Both the position numbers and the translations under genes were made by a program. The notes under the pieces were generated by a model that saw nothing but the letters and a program-made list of their open reading frames with translations, was not told where the DNA came from and ran no database searches. Positions 21,211-31,199 of a stretch of DNA of 64,000 nucleotides are shown here, piece by piece. This stretch comes from an uncultured Acidobacteriota bacterium (lineage in GTDB: Bacteria; Acidobacteriota; Blastocatellia; RBC074), in contig CAWCKY010000004.1 of assembly GCA_963796275.1 (NCBI GenBank), positions 672,001 to 736,000 of the forward strand. Reading direction: 5' to 3'. The first letter of the stretch is position 1, and every line of letters begins with the position of its first letter.

Positions 21211-21226
21211 AGCAATTTCTCCGCCA
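21211..21226 (-). promoter_or_regulatory. candidate sigma54 (-24/-12) promoter of the TBDR-AhpD-selenoprotein operon
   Basis: Minus strand TGGCGGAGAAATTGCT has GG-N10-GC with TGGC and TTGCT, about 100 bp upstream of ATG 21112. Confidence 0.45.
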
Positions 21227-21991
21227 CGGTTTGCAAAGAAGAGGCGCTCCTTTGGCAACTTATTCACACCATAAAAAATAAGAAGTTTTTGCCTTCTAAA
21301 ATTCGGAAGAAGAATACGAATCCAGGTGGCGAGATTTAACGAGGGTGGCGACATATCGCCAATAGACGCGATATATTGCGCCTTTTTAAGAGGGAGTTCC
21401 GCGATCTATGAACATCGACAGTACGGCCAGAATCAGGTTATGGCCGTACTGACAGACATTTTCACCGAGCGGAGAATTGTAAGCGAAATTGTGGAACTTC
21501 TTGGCCGGCCACTCTGCCTATTTTGGTGTAATGCGATGCAGGACGGACGGAAAACGAGGGCTTGGGCCTGTCGTATAGGTTGGACTCTGCACCTTCGCTT
21601 TTGTAACTTGTAAATTTAGAACGGCAAGGACTGATTCTCTAGCAGGTTCACATGCTATTCAGTTCTACACGCTGATAGTCTTCGATGTCTTGCACGCTGT
21701 TCAGGAAATTCAGATCACCACTAAAATGCAGCTCGAATTCACTCAGCCGGGCGGTTATGTTCCAAGTCTCAGCCGGGCGCGTAATGTGTGATTATCCAGG
21801 CTATGAACTTTGGCATTGGAAATCGCCGTGAAGAGCACAATATGTTGTTGTTTCAACCTACAAGGGCTTGATAACGGTTCTGTTGCAAATAAATTTTCAG
21901 CCACAATCTGTGGTAGCATGAATTAGCAGATCACATAAAAATCTTGTGTATTCGGGGCATTTTGCAACAGACCCGAATTGAATATAACCAA

Positions 21992-23005
21992 ATGACCACC
22001 AAGCCGATTGAATTCTTACTGGAAAATGCCCTGGCTTTCCGCGCCACATTATTTGATGAGCGGCACGAAACGGCGTTTCGACTCTTCAATGGATTTACCG
22101 AAGGCGCTCCGGATCTGGTGGCGGACATTTACGCCAAAACGCTGCTCATTCATAACTATGCTGAACGGCCGGAAGACGGGGTGGCCTTGGTGCGCGCAGC
22201 TCAACAGTTTCTGCTGGCCAGCTTACCCTGGATTCGGACGGTGATTGTTAAGACGCGCCACAGCCAGTCCTCAGAGGGAAAGCGCGGCAGCATAGTCTAT
22301 GGAGAAATTGCGGATCGGAAGATCCGCGAAAACGGTATCTGGTATGCGATTGATCTGATGATCAATCGCGACGCCAGCTTCTATCTGGATACGCGCCCGG
22401 TTCGGCATTGGGCGCAACAACAGCTCAAAGACAAATCCGTTCTCAATACCTTTGCCTATACCGGCAGTCTCGGAGTCTCGGCTCGAGCGGGCGGGGCGGA
22501 GCGGGTAGTCCATCTGGATTTGAACCGAAATTTTTTGAATTTGGCTAAAACTTCATACACGCTGAATGGTTTCCCGATCGACAAAAAAGATTTTAAAGCC
22601 GGTGACTTCTGGTCTCAAATCAATCGCCTGAAAGCAACTGATGAAGGTTTCGACTGCGTTTTTCTCGATCCGCCTCTCTATTCAGCTACTCGGAAAGGCG
22701 TCGTGGATCTCTTGCAAAGCTACGCGCGACTGATCAATAAAGTGCGCCCCTTGATTAACCACGGCGGCTTCCTAGTGGCGATTAATAATGCGCTCTTTCA
22801 TTCTGGCGCGGCGTACCTCAAGGAGATCGAACAATTATGCGCCGACGGATACTTGACGGTTCAAGAGTTGATTCCGGTACCGGAGGATTTTGTCGGCGCC
22901 CAACAGACACCCGCTGCCGCACTGGCAGCCGATCCAACGCCCTTCAACCATTCAACCAAAATCGTCGTTCTTAAAGTCCGTCGCAAAGCTTCGTCGAGCG
23001 GCTGA
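21992..23005 (+). CDS. RlmI/RlmK-like class I SAM-dependent methyltransferase
   Basis: FRLFNGFTEG, FYLDTR, VLNTFAYTGSLGV, FDCVFLDPP motifs. Confidence 0.85.
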   Translation: MTTKPIEFLLENALAFRATLFDERHETAFRLFNGFTEGAPDLVADIYAKTLLIHNYAERPEDGVALVRAAQQFLLASLPWIRTVIVKTRHSQSSEGKRGSIVYGEIADRKIRENGIWYAIDLMINRDASFYLDTRPVRHWAQQQLKDKSVLNTFAYTGSLGVSARAGGAERVVHLDLNRNFLNLAKTSYTLNGFPIDKKDFKAGDFWSQINRLKATDEGFDCVFLDPPLYSATRKGVVDLLQSYARLINKVRPLINHGGFLVAINNALFHSGAAYLKEIEQLCADGYLTVQELIPVPEDFVGAQQTPAAALAADPTPFNHSTKIVVLKVRRKASSSG

Positions 23006-23297
23006 GATATATCCCCTTCGGAGCCGTTTGAACGCTCCAGCCATAAGTCGTCAGGTAACGCTGACATGGCCGGGTCTTTAACTCTATTCACCCGCGCCTC
23101 TGGAGCTGAGTTCCTCGGTTGCGATGAAATACCACACGCCCGGATGAGGCGCGAAATAGGAGAGACTAAACTAAGCCATTAATTTAGGCCGTTAATTAAT
23201 GATGACTTCCTTGGAGCCTATCGTCGCAAAGCTTAGACACGGTATAGCTATCGCATTCCACAATGCGCTGGCAATACACAACTTAAGGAAGTATTAG

Positions 23298-23381
<84 letters not shown>

Positions 23382-23654
23382 CAAACATTCAAAGACCGGC
23401 AAGTTTATTACAGCCACACGAAGAACTCAAATTTTTCGGCCATCGATCATCGCCTACATCAAGGGGCGGGATAAGTGAGAAAAGTCTTTTCCAAGTCTTT
23501 TCGCAGATACTGCTTCGCGCAGTTTACAGATATCACCGGATTTAATAGCATGGTAGTATATTCTAAGTGATGCGCTGTTAATTGGGTTAATAGTTGACAC
23601 TGATATAAATTCCAAATCCAAGTAGGCGAGTAATACCAGGAATGGAGGATTCAT

Positions 23655-24506
23655 ATGTTGGTTTGTGCCGTCTGCCGCAGTCAAAACATGGACTCTGCAA
23701 AGTTTTGTGGCAATTGTGGCAATGCATTTTCACGTAATTCGGAGCCGGCCTCTTCACTAATCGATTGCCCGCAAGGGCACATATACAGCGCAGCCTATCC
23801 AAATTGCCCCTATTGCCCGCAGACGGAAGCGAGTGGAGCTTCAGCGTTTAACAGACGGATAGAAGATCAGTTCGGTGCTATCGATCAACTGAGTGCTGCG
23901 AGTTTGCAATCATCAATGCCCAAGCGATTCGACCGGTCGGATTCCCGTGGGTTCGATCAGCTGGATTCGCCTGCGAATCGTAATTCGACCTCACGGGGGA
24001 CGAAGAGCGTATCCCCACAATCATTTCAACACAGCGCGCCGACCGAAGCACTGGGGGAATCGGTCAGGACGCAGCCTGATATGTCGCCCATCATAGATGG
24101 ACAGAAATCCTCTGCCGCTGCCGCACTATTGACCTCCGATGGCGACCGCCGATCAGTGAATATGGATGAAGAAGACGCGCCGGCGCGCGGGTCGAAAGGT
24201 AAGATCGTCGGCTGGTTGATCACTTACAACCGTAATCCGGATGGCGAAGACTTCCGCATCTACGCCGGATATAACAGGATCGGCGCCAATCCGGTCTGCG
24301 ATATTATGGTCGAGGATGAAACCGTCAGCGGCTCGCACGCCATCATCGTCTATCGCGATGGCCGATGCCTGATTAAAGACGATCTTTCGCGTAATGGGAC
24401 TTTCGTCAATGGCCGAGAGATCACCGAAGCTCACCCCCTGCAAAATTACGACCAGATACGGCTGGGTAACACATACCTGACTTACATTTCTGCGCGACGC
24501 ACATAA
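23655..24506 (+). CDS. zinc-ribbon + C-terminal FHA domain protein
   Basis: CAVC...FCGNCG and CPQGH...CPYC; FHA motifs VSGSHA, SRNGTFVNG; GGAGG RBS. Confidence 0.88.
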   Translation: MLVCAVCRSQNMDSAKFCGNCGNAFSRNSEPASSLIDCPQGHIYSAAYPNCPYCPQTEASGASAFNRRIEDQFGAIDQLSAASLQSSMPKRFDRSDSRGFDQLDSPANRNSTSRGTKSVSPQSFQHSAPTEALGESVRTQPDMSPIIDGQKSSAAAALLTSDGDRRSVNMDEEDAPARGSKGKIVGWLITYNRNPDGEDFRIYAGYNRIGANPVCDIMVEDETVSGSHAIIVYRDGRCLIKDDLSRNGTFVNGREITEAHPLQNYDQIRLGNTYLTYISARRT

Positions 24507-24531
24507 TGCGGTTATCGCTACGGCAATTGAA

Positions 24532-25140
24532 GTGGTCGAAGCACGAATCCGAGACCTCCTGGTCGCAACTTCCAACAAAGGCAAAATCGCCGAAATCTCC
24601 GATCTTCTCGCGGGATCGAAATGGCATCTGTTGAGCCTTGACGATCTGCCCCGTTCAATCCCTACAGTCGAAGAGACAGCCACGACATTTGTGGGAAACG
24701 CTCTGATAAAAGCTGAATACTATTTTGCTCAGTCAGGGTTGGTCACGCTCGCAGATGATTCCGGTCTCGAGGTGGACGCGCTGGCAGGAAGGCCCGGAGT
24801 CTTATCAGCACGCTATGGCGGTGAAGGATTGAGCAGCATCGAACAAATAAATTTGCTGCTCGATGAGTTGAAGGATGTGCCCGAAGAGAAACGTACAGCT
24901 CGATTCGTCTGTTGCATCGCAATCGCGATGCACGGCCGAATCGAGACTTTTACTGGCCGATGCGATGGTTCCATCGCATTTTCACCTCGCGGCACTTCCG
25001 GATTCGGATATGATCCGATCTTCATTGATCCTCAGATAGGCCGTACTTTCGCTGAGCTGACCCGAGATGAAAAGGCCGCTCGCAGCCATCGCGGAATTGC
25101 CCTCAGAGAGGTGCTCAAATTCCTAACCGATAATAAATAA
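24532..25140 (+). CDS. rdgB: non-canonical purine NTP pyrophosphatase (RdgB/HAM1)
   Basis: ATSNKGK, ADDSGLEVDAL, PGVLSARY, GFGYDPIF, SHR motifs. Confidence 0.96.
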   Translation: MVEARIRDLLVATSNKGKIAEISDLLAGSKWHLLSLDDLPRSIPTVEETATTFVGNALIKAEYYFAQSGLVTLADDSGLEVDALAGRPGVLSARYGGEGLSSIEQINLLLDELKDVPEEKRTARFVCCIAIAMHGRIETFTGRCDGSIAFSPRGTSGFGYDPIFIDPQIGRTFAELTRDEKAARSHRGIALREVLKFLTDNK

Positions 25141-25143
25141 AAT

Positions 25144-25243
25144 AATTGATAATTGATAATTGATAATTGATAATTTTACTTCATCACCGATGACTGCCCA
25201 CCCATCCATGACTGGCTATCGATTACCAATTAGCGATTATCAA
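25144..25243. repeat. (AATTGAT)x4 heptamer tract with degenerate inverted arm
   Basis: Four exact units at 25144-25171; ATCGATTACCAATTAGCGATTATCAA counterpart near 25218-25243, between convergent genes. Confidence 0.75.
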
Positions 25244-25250
25244 CCATTCT

Positions 25251-25652
25251 TCAACCTGCATGGATAAGCGTTTTCAGATCTCTCCCGAACTTCACATCGA
25301 TTTTCACCGATCTAACCTCGACGACGACACCGAGTCCGAACTTGGGGTGTTCGACCCGATCGCCCACGTCGAAGCTCTCCTGCATCGAATAGGCGCGTAA
25401 TGGGCCGTTCCCTTCAACTGACCGAGATGAGTCTTTCTTTGATGATCTGGTCGAGCCACGCGTCGCGGAGGTTTGCGGCTGGCGCTCGCGATAAAGATGA
25501 TTGCTTTGACAAGTCCGGCATTGAACACGCTCTATTTTGTCGGGTCCTTTTAATGCGGCAATGACGTGTTCGCGAATTTCCTTACATTTACCACAATATG
25601 CGTCTACATCTCCGCCCAATTGAGGGCGATTAATAATTCCTAGTGGGTTCAT
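25251..25652 (-). CDS. conserved hypothetical protein (zinc ribbon + small C-terminal beta domain)
   Basis: CGKC and CRTC pairs; C-terminal FDVGDRVEHPKFGLGVV. Confidence 0.75.
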   Translation of the reverse strand: MNPLGIINRPQLGGDVDAYCGKCKEIREHVIAALKGPDKIERVQCRTCQSNHLYRERQPQTSATRGSTRSSKKDSSRSVEGNGPLRAYSMQESFDVGDRVEHPKFGLGVVVEVRSVKIDVKFGRDLKTLIHAG

Positions 25653-26002
25653 ATTGATCCGTTCATCTACTCTCAATACAGCTTTTAAATAAGTTTCTTA
25701 TCCGAAAGTGTTTTGGAAACAAAAATGGCAAAAAGTGCAAAATCAAAAATATCAGGCTTTTGCCTCTCAGCACTTTTTGCCTTCTTCGATTCACGTTCTT
25801 CATTGTAACCGTCAATCGTCCGGTCTGCCAGCCAAGATCAGATTGATCGTGCTAAAACCTGGGAATTCAATGAAAGAACCAATAAAATTGGTCTATCGCG
25901 AAGACAAATAGCATGCTGAATGGTATGATTCACCCATAAGTTTTACCAAAGGTTTCATTGCAATACCTCGCCCCGTTTCTCTAAATCGAGATTCGAACCC
26001 AC

Positions 26003-27625
26003 ATGAAACTGACAAAAGCGAAATTGATAAGCTCCTTTGTATATCCGCTGGCCTGGGCGCTCATCGCATTCAACGTTCAGGCGCAAACAGGATATGCAAT
26101 ACAAGTCGCCTCTCCGCCTTCTCTATCAGAAGCGCAGGCCATCGTCGACGATCTGAAGGTGAAGGAAGTCGATGCTTATATTATAAAAACGGTAGTGCCG
26201 AAGAGAGGCACTCGCTTCCGCGTCCGGATCGGGCGCTTCGCTACTCAAGCCGAAGCGAAAAAGGCTGGTGAACTATCGCTCAACCAGGGATTCATCGGTG
26301 AGTTTATCGTTACAAAATACGATCCGCCTGCGATCGACCAGTTAGCAGCGAAAGATGAAAAGTCGAAGCCGGTGACTCCTCAACCAACACCAAACCAACC
26401 GGCACCGGCAAAAGCCGAACCGCCCCCAGCCGACATTGTGGCCGCGGATAAACAACCGATCGCGGATAAACAGCCGATCAAAGATTTAGTCGACGTTACT
26501 CCCGAGCCGCCCGCCCGAGAAACCGTATCGGAACCCGCCAGCGATTATGCACCGCCCGTTGAGGCGATGATCGATCTAGCGTTCAATAATCGCGACTGGC
26601 GAATCGCCCGTCGCGGCGGCGGTAAGGACAAGGACCTGAAGGCGGTATTTTTTTTCGATTCCATCACCGGTTGGGCTGCCGGCGATGACGGAGCTACATT
26701 TCGCACGACTGATGGCGGTCGAAGCTGGAAACCATTGGTGAGCGGGGCTCCTGCAAATATCGACTTTATCTATTTCGCCGATTGGAGCAATGGCTGGATG
26801 CTGGGCGAACCGGATAAAAATCCGGATAAAAATAAGGAATCCGGTAGGCTCCTTTTCACTACGAACAATGGCGGCCGCAGTTGGAGGCATAAACCACTGC
26901 CGAAAGTTATAAGCCTGCACTTCATCGATAAGCTGAACGGTTGGGCCGTGGGGAATGATGCGACCGTGCTTAAAACCACAAATGGCGGAGAAGAATGGTC
27001 TGCGATACCCGGTTTTGAAAAGCTGAGCGGCATTTCGGTCGAGTCGTCCAACGGCAATCTCGGTTTCCGAGACGTCTACTTTCTCAATAACGAGAATGGG
27101 TGGATCATCGGAAATTTCTACGGGCGCGAGAGCAGCAGCATCGGCGTCATGTTTGTAACTTCCGACGGCGGAAAGTCATGGAAACAGGTGTCTCTGAACA
27201 TAGCGGATTCATCGGGCCGGTTGATCCCGGGCGAGTTGCATTCGGTTCGCTTCAGTGATGTCAATAGGGGTTCGGTTACCGGTGAGCTTTATGACGGCGA
27301 CGCCCGCTTCTTCTTTGCCCTGCACACGCGCAATGGCGGCCAGACCTGGGAGCAAAATCGCACACCGAGCCGCGCGGCTCACAGCACACGATTCATCAAT
27401 CTATCGAACGGCTGGAGTTCGGCAGTCGCCCCGCGAGATAGCAGCGCCGAATCAATCATCTACGATACTACGCTCATGCGCACAGATAGCGGGGGAAAGA
27501 CCTGGAAGGATGATTTCGTCGCTCGTGGTGGGCGAATCCATGACCTTTTTTTCCTGTCACCCATAGAAGGCTGGGCCGTAGGCGACCACGGGATGATCCT
27601 GCGTTATGAGGAGAAATTGAAATAG
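26003..27625 (+). CDS. exported SPOR domain + YCF48/BNR beta-propeller protein
   Basis: YAIQVAS...FRVRIGRF (SPOR), Pro-rich linker, repeated GWAVG...TxDGGxxW motifs. Confidence 0.88.
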   Translation: MKLTKAKLISSFVYPLAWALIAFNVQAQTGYAIQVASPPSLSEAQAIVDDLKVKEVDAYIIKTVVPKRGTRFRVRIGRFATQAEAKKAGELSLNQGFIGEFIVTKYDPPAIDQLAAKDEKSKPVTPQPTPNQPAPAKAEPPPADIVAADKQPIADKQPIKDLVDVTPEPPARETVSEPASDYAPPVEAMIDLAFNNRDWRIARRGGGKDKDLKAVFFFDSITGWAAGDDGATFRTTDGGRSWKPLVSGAPANIDFIYFADWSNGWMLGEPDKNPDKNKESGRLLFTTNNGGRSWRHKPLPKVISLHFIDKLNGWAVGNDATVLKTTNGGEEWSAIPGFEKLSGISVESSNGNLGFRDVYFLNNENGWIIGNFYGRESSSIGVMFVTSDGGKSWKQVSLNIADSSGRLIPGELHSVRFSDVNRGSVTGELYDGDARFFFALHTRNGGQTWEQNRTPSRAAHSTRFINLSNGWSSAVAPRDSSAESIIYDTTLMRTDSGGKTWKDDFVARGGRIHDLFFLSPIEGWAVGDHGMILRYEEKLK

Positions 27626-27748
27626 TTGGCGGTAGGCGGTTGCTGGCAATCGGTAGGCGGTAATCGGTAGTCGGTTGTCGGTTGGCGGTTTTACAAGTTA
27701 TCACCTGGGAGCTTTCGACTCACAACCGCCTACCGACAACCGACACCT
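27626..27748. repeat. palindromic element built from CGGTWGK-like heptamers
   Basis: GGCGGTAGGCGGTTG...TCGGTAGTCGGTTGTCGGTTG then inverted CAACCGCCTACCGACAACCGAC. Confidence 0.75.
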
Positions 27749-27753
27749 GTCAC

Positions 27754-28839
27754 CTAGTTCCCGATAAATGCCAGCGCGAGTTCGACTAGAATCAGCAGAA
27801 CTATGATCGCTTCGAGCGTCTGGCTCTGTGCGGTATGGACTCGATCGGTCAGTAATTCGTAAAAGTCCGAGATTATTTCGAGCTTCCGCAAGATAATTCG
27901 ATCCCATTCCTGCAAGTAAAACCTGCTCGCCGCGGCCGAGTACAGTCTGGCCAGATATAGGTCGCCCACCAGTTTGAGCGCGTTATCGACTCGCTCGGAG
28001 AGCAGCGATGATTCAAATCGTAATTCGGCCAGGTCCTCGATCGCGCGCCTGTATGGTCGACGAAACGGGATCGGTAATTCTGGCCTTTGACGAGCCAGGG
28101 TCTCGTAGTCGGCGATACGACGGTCTAGCCGGTTGTCGATATAGCGTGCTTCCAATAACTCGACGTTGACCAGTTCTAGAACGTTCGCTGTGTCTTCGTA
28201 GTCGGGGTCGTAGATGATCGCTGCATTCCAGTCGACCAGAGCGAGGTCATTTTCGTAATAGGAGATGGCCTGACCTAGCGCCTCGTCCTGCTGTGAGCGG
28301 CTGATGCTTTTGGTTTCAAATCTCAGCGTTTGCGCCAGCGTCGAGCGGAACTCGGATATCAACTCATCGGCGTTCAATGCTCGATCGAGTTCCTCGATTA
28401 TGAACAGATAATAGTCTTCAACAAGATGGGCGAGCCGCGGGCGCACGATGGCAGGCTCGATCTTCTTCATCAGATTTTCCACCTGCTCTCTGGCATGTGG
28501 TTCCAGATTGAAGTTGTAAAGATCATGACTGATCCGCGGGAGATCACCCAGTAAGGTCGCATCCAATGACCAGCGGTATGAGATGCTCACCGCACCGAAA
28601 TCGAATACCGTCGCCCGAATATTACCGGGCGTAGCGAAATGTCCCGATGTCAATCCCAGATGTAGGATTTGCGGCGGCTTCGTGTACTGTAAATATGTCG
28701 GCGTCTTCTTCTTTCGCGAGAGCGGTTGAACCGGCGTCGTCGCTACCATTGCGCTCAGATTATCCAGCAATACTTCATACCCTATATCGAACGCGAACAT
28801 CGCTGCAACCTGACCCTGTACGATATGTATCATAATCAA
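27754..28839 (-). CDS. conserved hypothetical protein, RMD1/DUF155-like with C-terminal TM
   Basis: FAFDIG, FDFGAVS, ALKLVGDLYLARLY, LEAIIVLLILVE end. Confidence 0.7.
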   Translation of the reverse strand: MIMIHIVQGQVAAMFAFDIGYEVLLDNLSAMVATTPVQPLSRKKKTPTYLQYTKPPQILHLGLTSGHFATPGNIRATVFDFGAVSISYRWSLDATLLGDLPRISHDLYNFNLEPHAREQVENLMKKIEPAIVRPRLAHLVEDYYLFIIEELDRALNADELISEFRSTLAQTLRFETKSISRSQQDEALGQAISYYENDLALVDWNAAIIYDPDYEDTANVLELVNVELLEARYIDNRLDRRIADYETLARQRPELPIPFRRPYRRAIEDLAELRFESSLLSERVDNALKLVGDLYLARLYSAAASRFYLQEWDRIILRKLEIISDFYELLTDRVHTAQSQTLEAIIVLLILVELALAFIGN

Positions 28840-29112
28840 ACTTCCCTAATGCGCCGCAAGAACCTTCGGGACGACTATTAATCTCACGTAAATACCCAAA
28901 AAGGAAGAACTTTCTCACATGATATCACCCATTTATGACTTTCCCGTTTTCATAAAAACGAGTTACATCTACGTAAAGTGTGCAACTTCTTCCTACCAAT
29001 ACTGTAAGAATTACCTATGATCCAGATAAGTAAAGACAACTTAAATCTCTCTCATACGCGTAAATCTCCGGAACAGAATGATTTGCGCATTACATCTAAA
29101 ACGAAGCGGAGA

Positions 29113-29128
29113 TGGCATCAGGTTTGCA
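29113..29128 (+). promoter_or_regulatory. sigma54 (-24/-12) promoter
   Basis: TGGCATCAGGTTTGCA closely matches TGGCAC-N5-TTGCW with exact GG-N10-GC spacing; AT-rich upstream region. Confidence 0.65.
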
Positions 29129-29131
29129 TTT

Positions 29132-29263
<132 letters not shown>

Positions 29264-29495
29264 GCCTACTCGGAAAAATCCGGGGGGGTAAACTGAAAGT
29301 CTGGGTAGAAATTCTCGAGCCGCCAGCCATAAAAAGACTATTAATTCACCTACCACCGCGAATCGGGTCGCGATATAATTCAAAAACTGCATTAAGAGTT
29401 CTGTATGTACGGAGCCTCGCGCGTACACTCAGGAATTCTCCGAATAACCGTCAAGTCGTCACGTGCGACTACGTCCTTAAACAAATACGCCCGAG

Positions 29496-30365
29496 GTGAG
29501 TGCATTGGGGCGTTTGCAGAGGAACCGCCAAATGACCGCTGATATTTTCAAAACGTGGGAACGGACCATCGCCCAGGTGGCCAAGATGTTTTTAATTACT
29601 GTTGTACTCGTTGCGCTGACCATATTTGCCAATGCTCAAAAAGCCGATCCGAAAGAGCCGATTAATGTCCGCAAAGGTCAGGAGCTGATAAAGCAGGCGA
29701 TCGAGGCACGCGGTGGGCGTTATTTGACCTTCAGATCGGTGATGGCTAGTGGACAATATACGCCGTACGAGAAAGGCATTTCGCAGATTCCCATTCAATT
29801 CATCGACATCATCGTCTATCCCGATAAAGAGCGAGTCGAGTTCGGCAAGGGCAAGAAGAAGAATAAACGAATACAGGTCAATGTCGGAAAGACGGGATGG
29901 ATATATGATGGTGACGCGGAGACTATAAAGGATCAAACAGATAAGCAGATTCAGGCGCATATCGATGGGCTCGAGTTCGATCTCGACCGTTTGTTGAGAG
30001 TTGGCTGGAAAGGGGACGGGGTTGAAGTCGGCTATGCCGGCCGGGAAGAAACGCGTCCCGGAGAGCGTGCGGATGTCGTCGCCGTTGAATTGCCATCAGA
30101 CCGTCGAGTCAATCTTCTGCTCGACCAGAATACACATCTGCCATTGAGCCTGATCTTCGAGAAACCCGGTGATGAAGGGCTGGTCAAGCACGAAGTGCGA
30201 TTCAATCAATATGTCTCCTATGACGGCGCATTATTTCCGAATATAGTGGATTTTTATCGGAACGGAATTCAGGAGAGCCGCCTCAATTATCAATCGGTGA
30301 GGCTGGATCCGGAGCTCGAGGAGGACATTTTCAGCAAACCAGCCAGCGTCAAGGCGATTAAATGA
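29496..30365 (+). CDS. exported hypothetical protein (possible LolA-like sorting fold); likely start 29586
   Basis: Signal peptide MFLITVVLVALTIFANA; IKQAIEARGG start; FNQYVSYDG..FP and ELEEDIFSKP end. Confidence 0.75.
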   Translation: MSALGRLQRNRQMTADIFKTWERTIAQVAKMFLITVVLVALTIFANAQKADPKEPINVRKGQELIKQAIEARGGRYLTFRSVMASGQYTPYEKGISQIPIQFIDIIVYPDKERVEFGKGKKKNKRIQVNVGKTGWIYDGDAETIKDQTDKQIQAHIDGLEFDLDRLLRVGWKGDGVEVGYAGREETRPGERADVVAVELPSDRRVNLLLDQNTHLPLSLIFEKPGDEGLVKHEVRFNQYVSYDGALFPNIVDFYRNGIQESRLNYQSVRLDPELEEDIFSKPASVKAIK

Positions 30366-30482
30366 AAATTACGGAGCGCTGGAGCAAATTCCCGGTCATT
30401 AGCATCCCTGGATTTCCAGGAACATTTCCTCCGCTCATCTCGTTAGGCAGTTCGGAGACAGGGTTTATATACGGGTGCTACC

Positions 30483-31097
30483 TTGATCAGGAGAGAACAA
30501 CCTACAGTGGGAGCCAATGCGGCTTTGATTAAATCGGATGCAGAATTGGTGCGGCGATGCCGTGCCGGAGACAGCGCAGCTTGGGAGCAGGTGGTTCACG
30601 ATTACTCCCGGCGTGTCTACAACCTCGCGTACCGATTCACGGGTCGTCATGAATCGTCGGAGGATCTGACACAGGAGGTTTTCGTGCGCGTCTACCGTTC
30701 CTTGGAACAGTATGATCCGCAAGCAGGCGACCTGGCGAACTGGCTCATGCGGCTGGCGCGTAACCTGGTGATCGACGATTACCGTCGTCGCGGTCGCACA
30801 CCGACCGATCTCGGGGAGGATATCGTCGACCACGAGTATCATCTTGAGAGCCGTCACGATGCGCCGGACAGCGGCGTCGAACGATTCGAGCGATCGAAGC
30901 AGGTTCATGTAGCGATCGCAAAACTTCCGCCGGACCTCCGAGAATGCGTAATTCTCCGGGACATCGAGGAATTGACCTATCAGGAGATAGTCGACATCCT
31001 CAATATCCCCATCGGCACGGTAAAGTCTCGCATCAACCGCGGGCGCATCGAGCTGGCCAAAATCTTGAGGCGGATGAAGGTCGTCGAGACGTATTGA
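30483..31097 (+). CDS. ECF sigma-70 factor (start uncertain)
   Basis: DAELVRRC, EDLTQEVFVRVY, WLMRLARN, LTYQEI...IPIGTVKSRINRGR. Confidence 0.95.
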   Translation: MIRREQPTVGANAALIKSDAELVRRCRAGDSAAWEQVVHDYSRRVYNLAYRFTGRHESSEDLTQEVFVRVYRSLEQYDPQAGDLANWLMRLARNLVIDDYRRRGRTPTDLGEDIVDHEYHLESRHDAPDSGVERFERSKQVHVAIAKLPPDLRECVILRDIEELTYQEIVDILNIPIGTVKSRINRGRIELAKILRRMKVVETY

Positions 31098-31196
31098 AAT
31101 CGGTTATCGGTTGTCGGTAGCCGGTTGTCGGAGAAGAAGAACATTTGTCTTCCGTACGGCAACCGGCTACCGACAACCGATAACCGGCAACCGATT
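31098..31196. repeat. palindromic heptamer element inside the ECF operon
   Basis: CGGTTATCGGTTGTCGGTAGCCGGTTG ... CAACCGGCTACCGACAACCGATAACCG perfect arms; same family as 27626-27748. Confidence 0.8.
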
Positions 31197-31199
31197 GTG

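Noticed and set aside
21650-21790. Short minus-strand frame (HITRPAETWNITARLSEFELHF...) with a duplicated CTCAGCCGGGCG
   Set aside because: No clear start or family resemblance; possibly a gene remnant but not supportable.
23205-23262. GTCGCAAAGC segment reminiscent of a c-di-GMP-I riboswitch
   Set aside because: The upstream GGCAAAC/GAAA hairpin is missing and no gene follows in the right orientation.
1-23297. Prophage or integrative element next to tRNA-Leu
   Set aside because: No integrase, transposase, phage or conjugation genes and no att repeat seen in the window.
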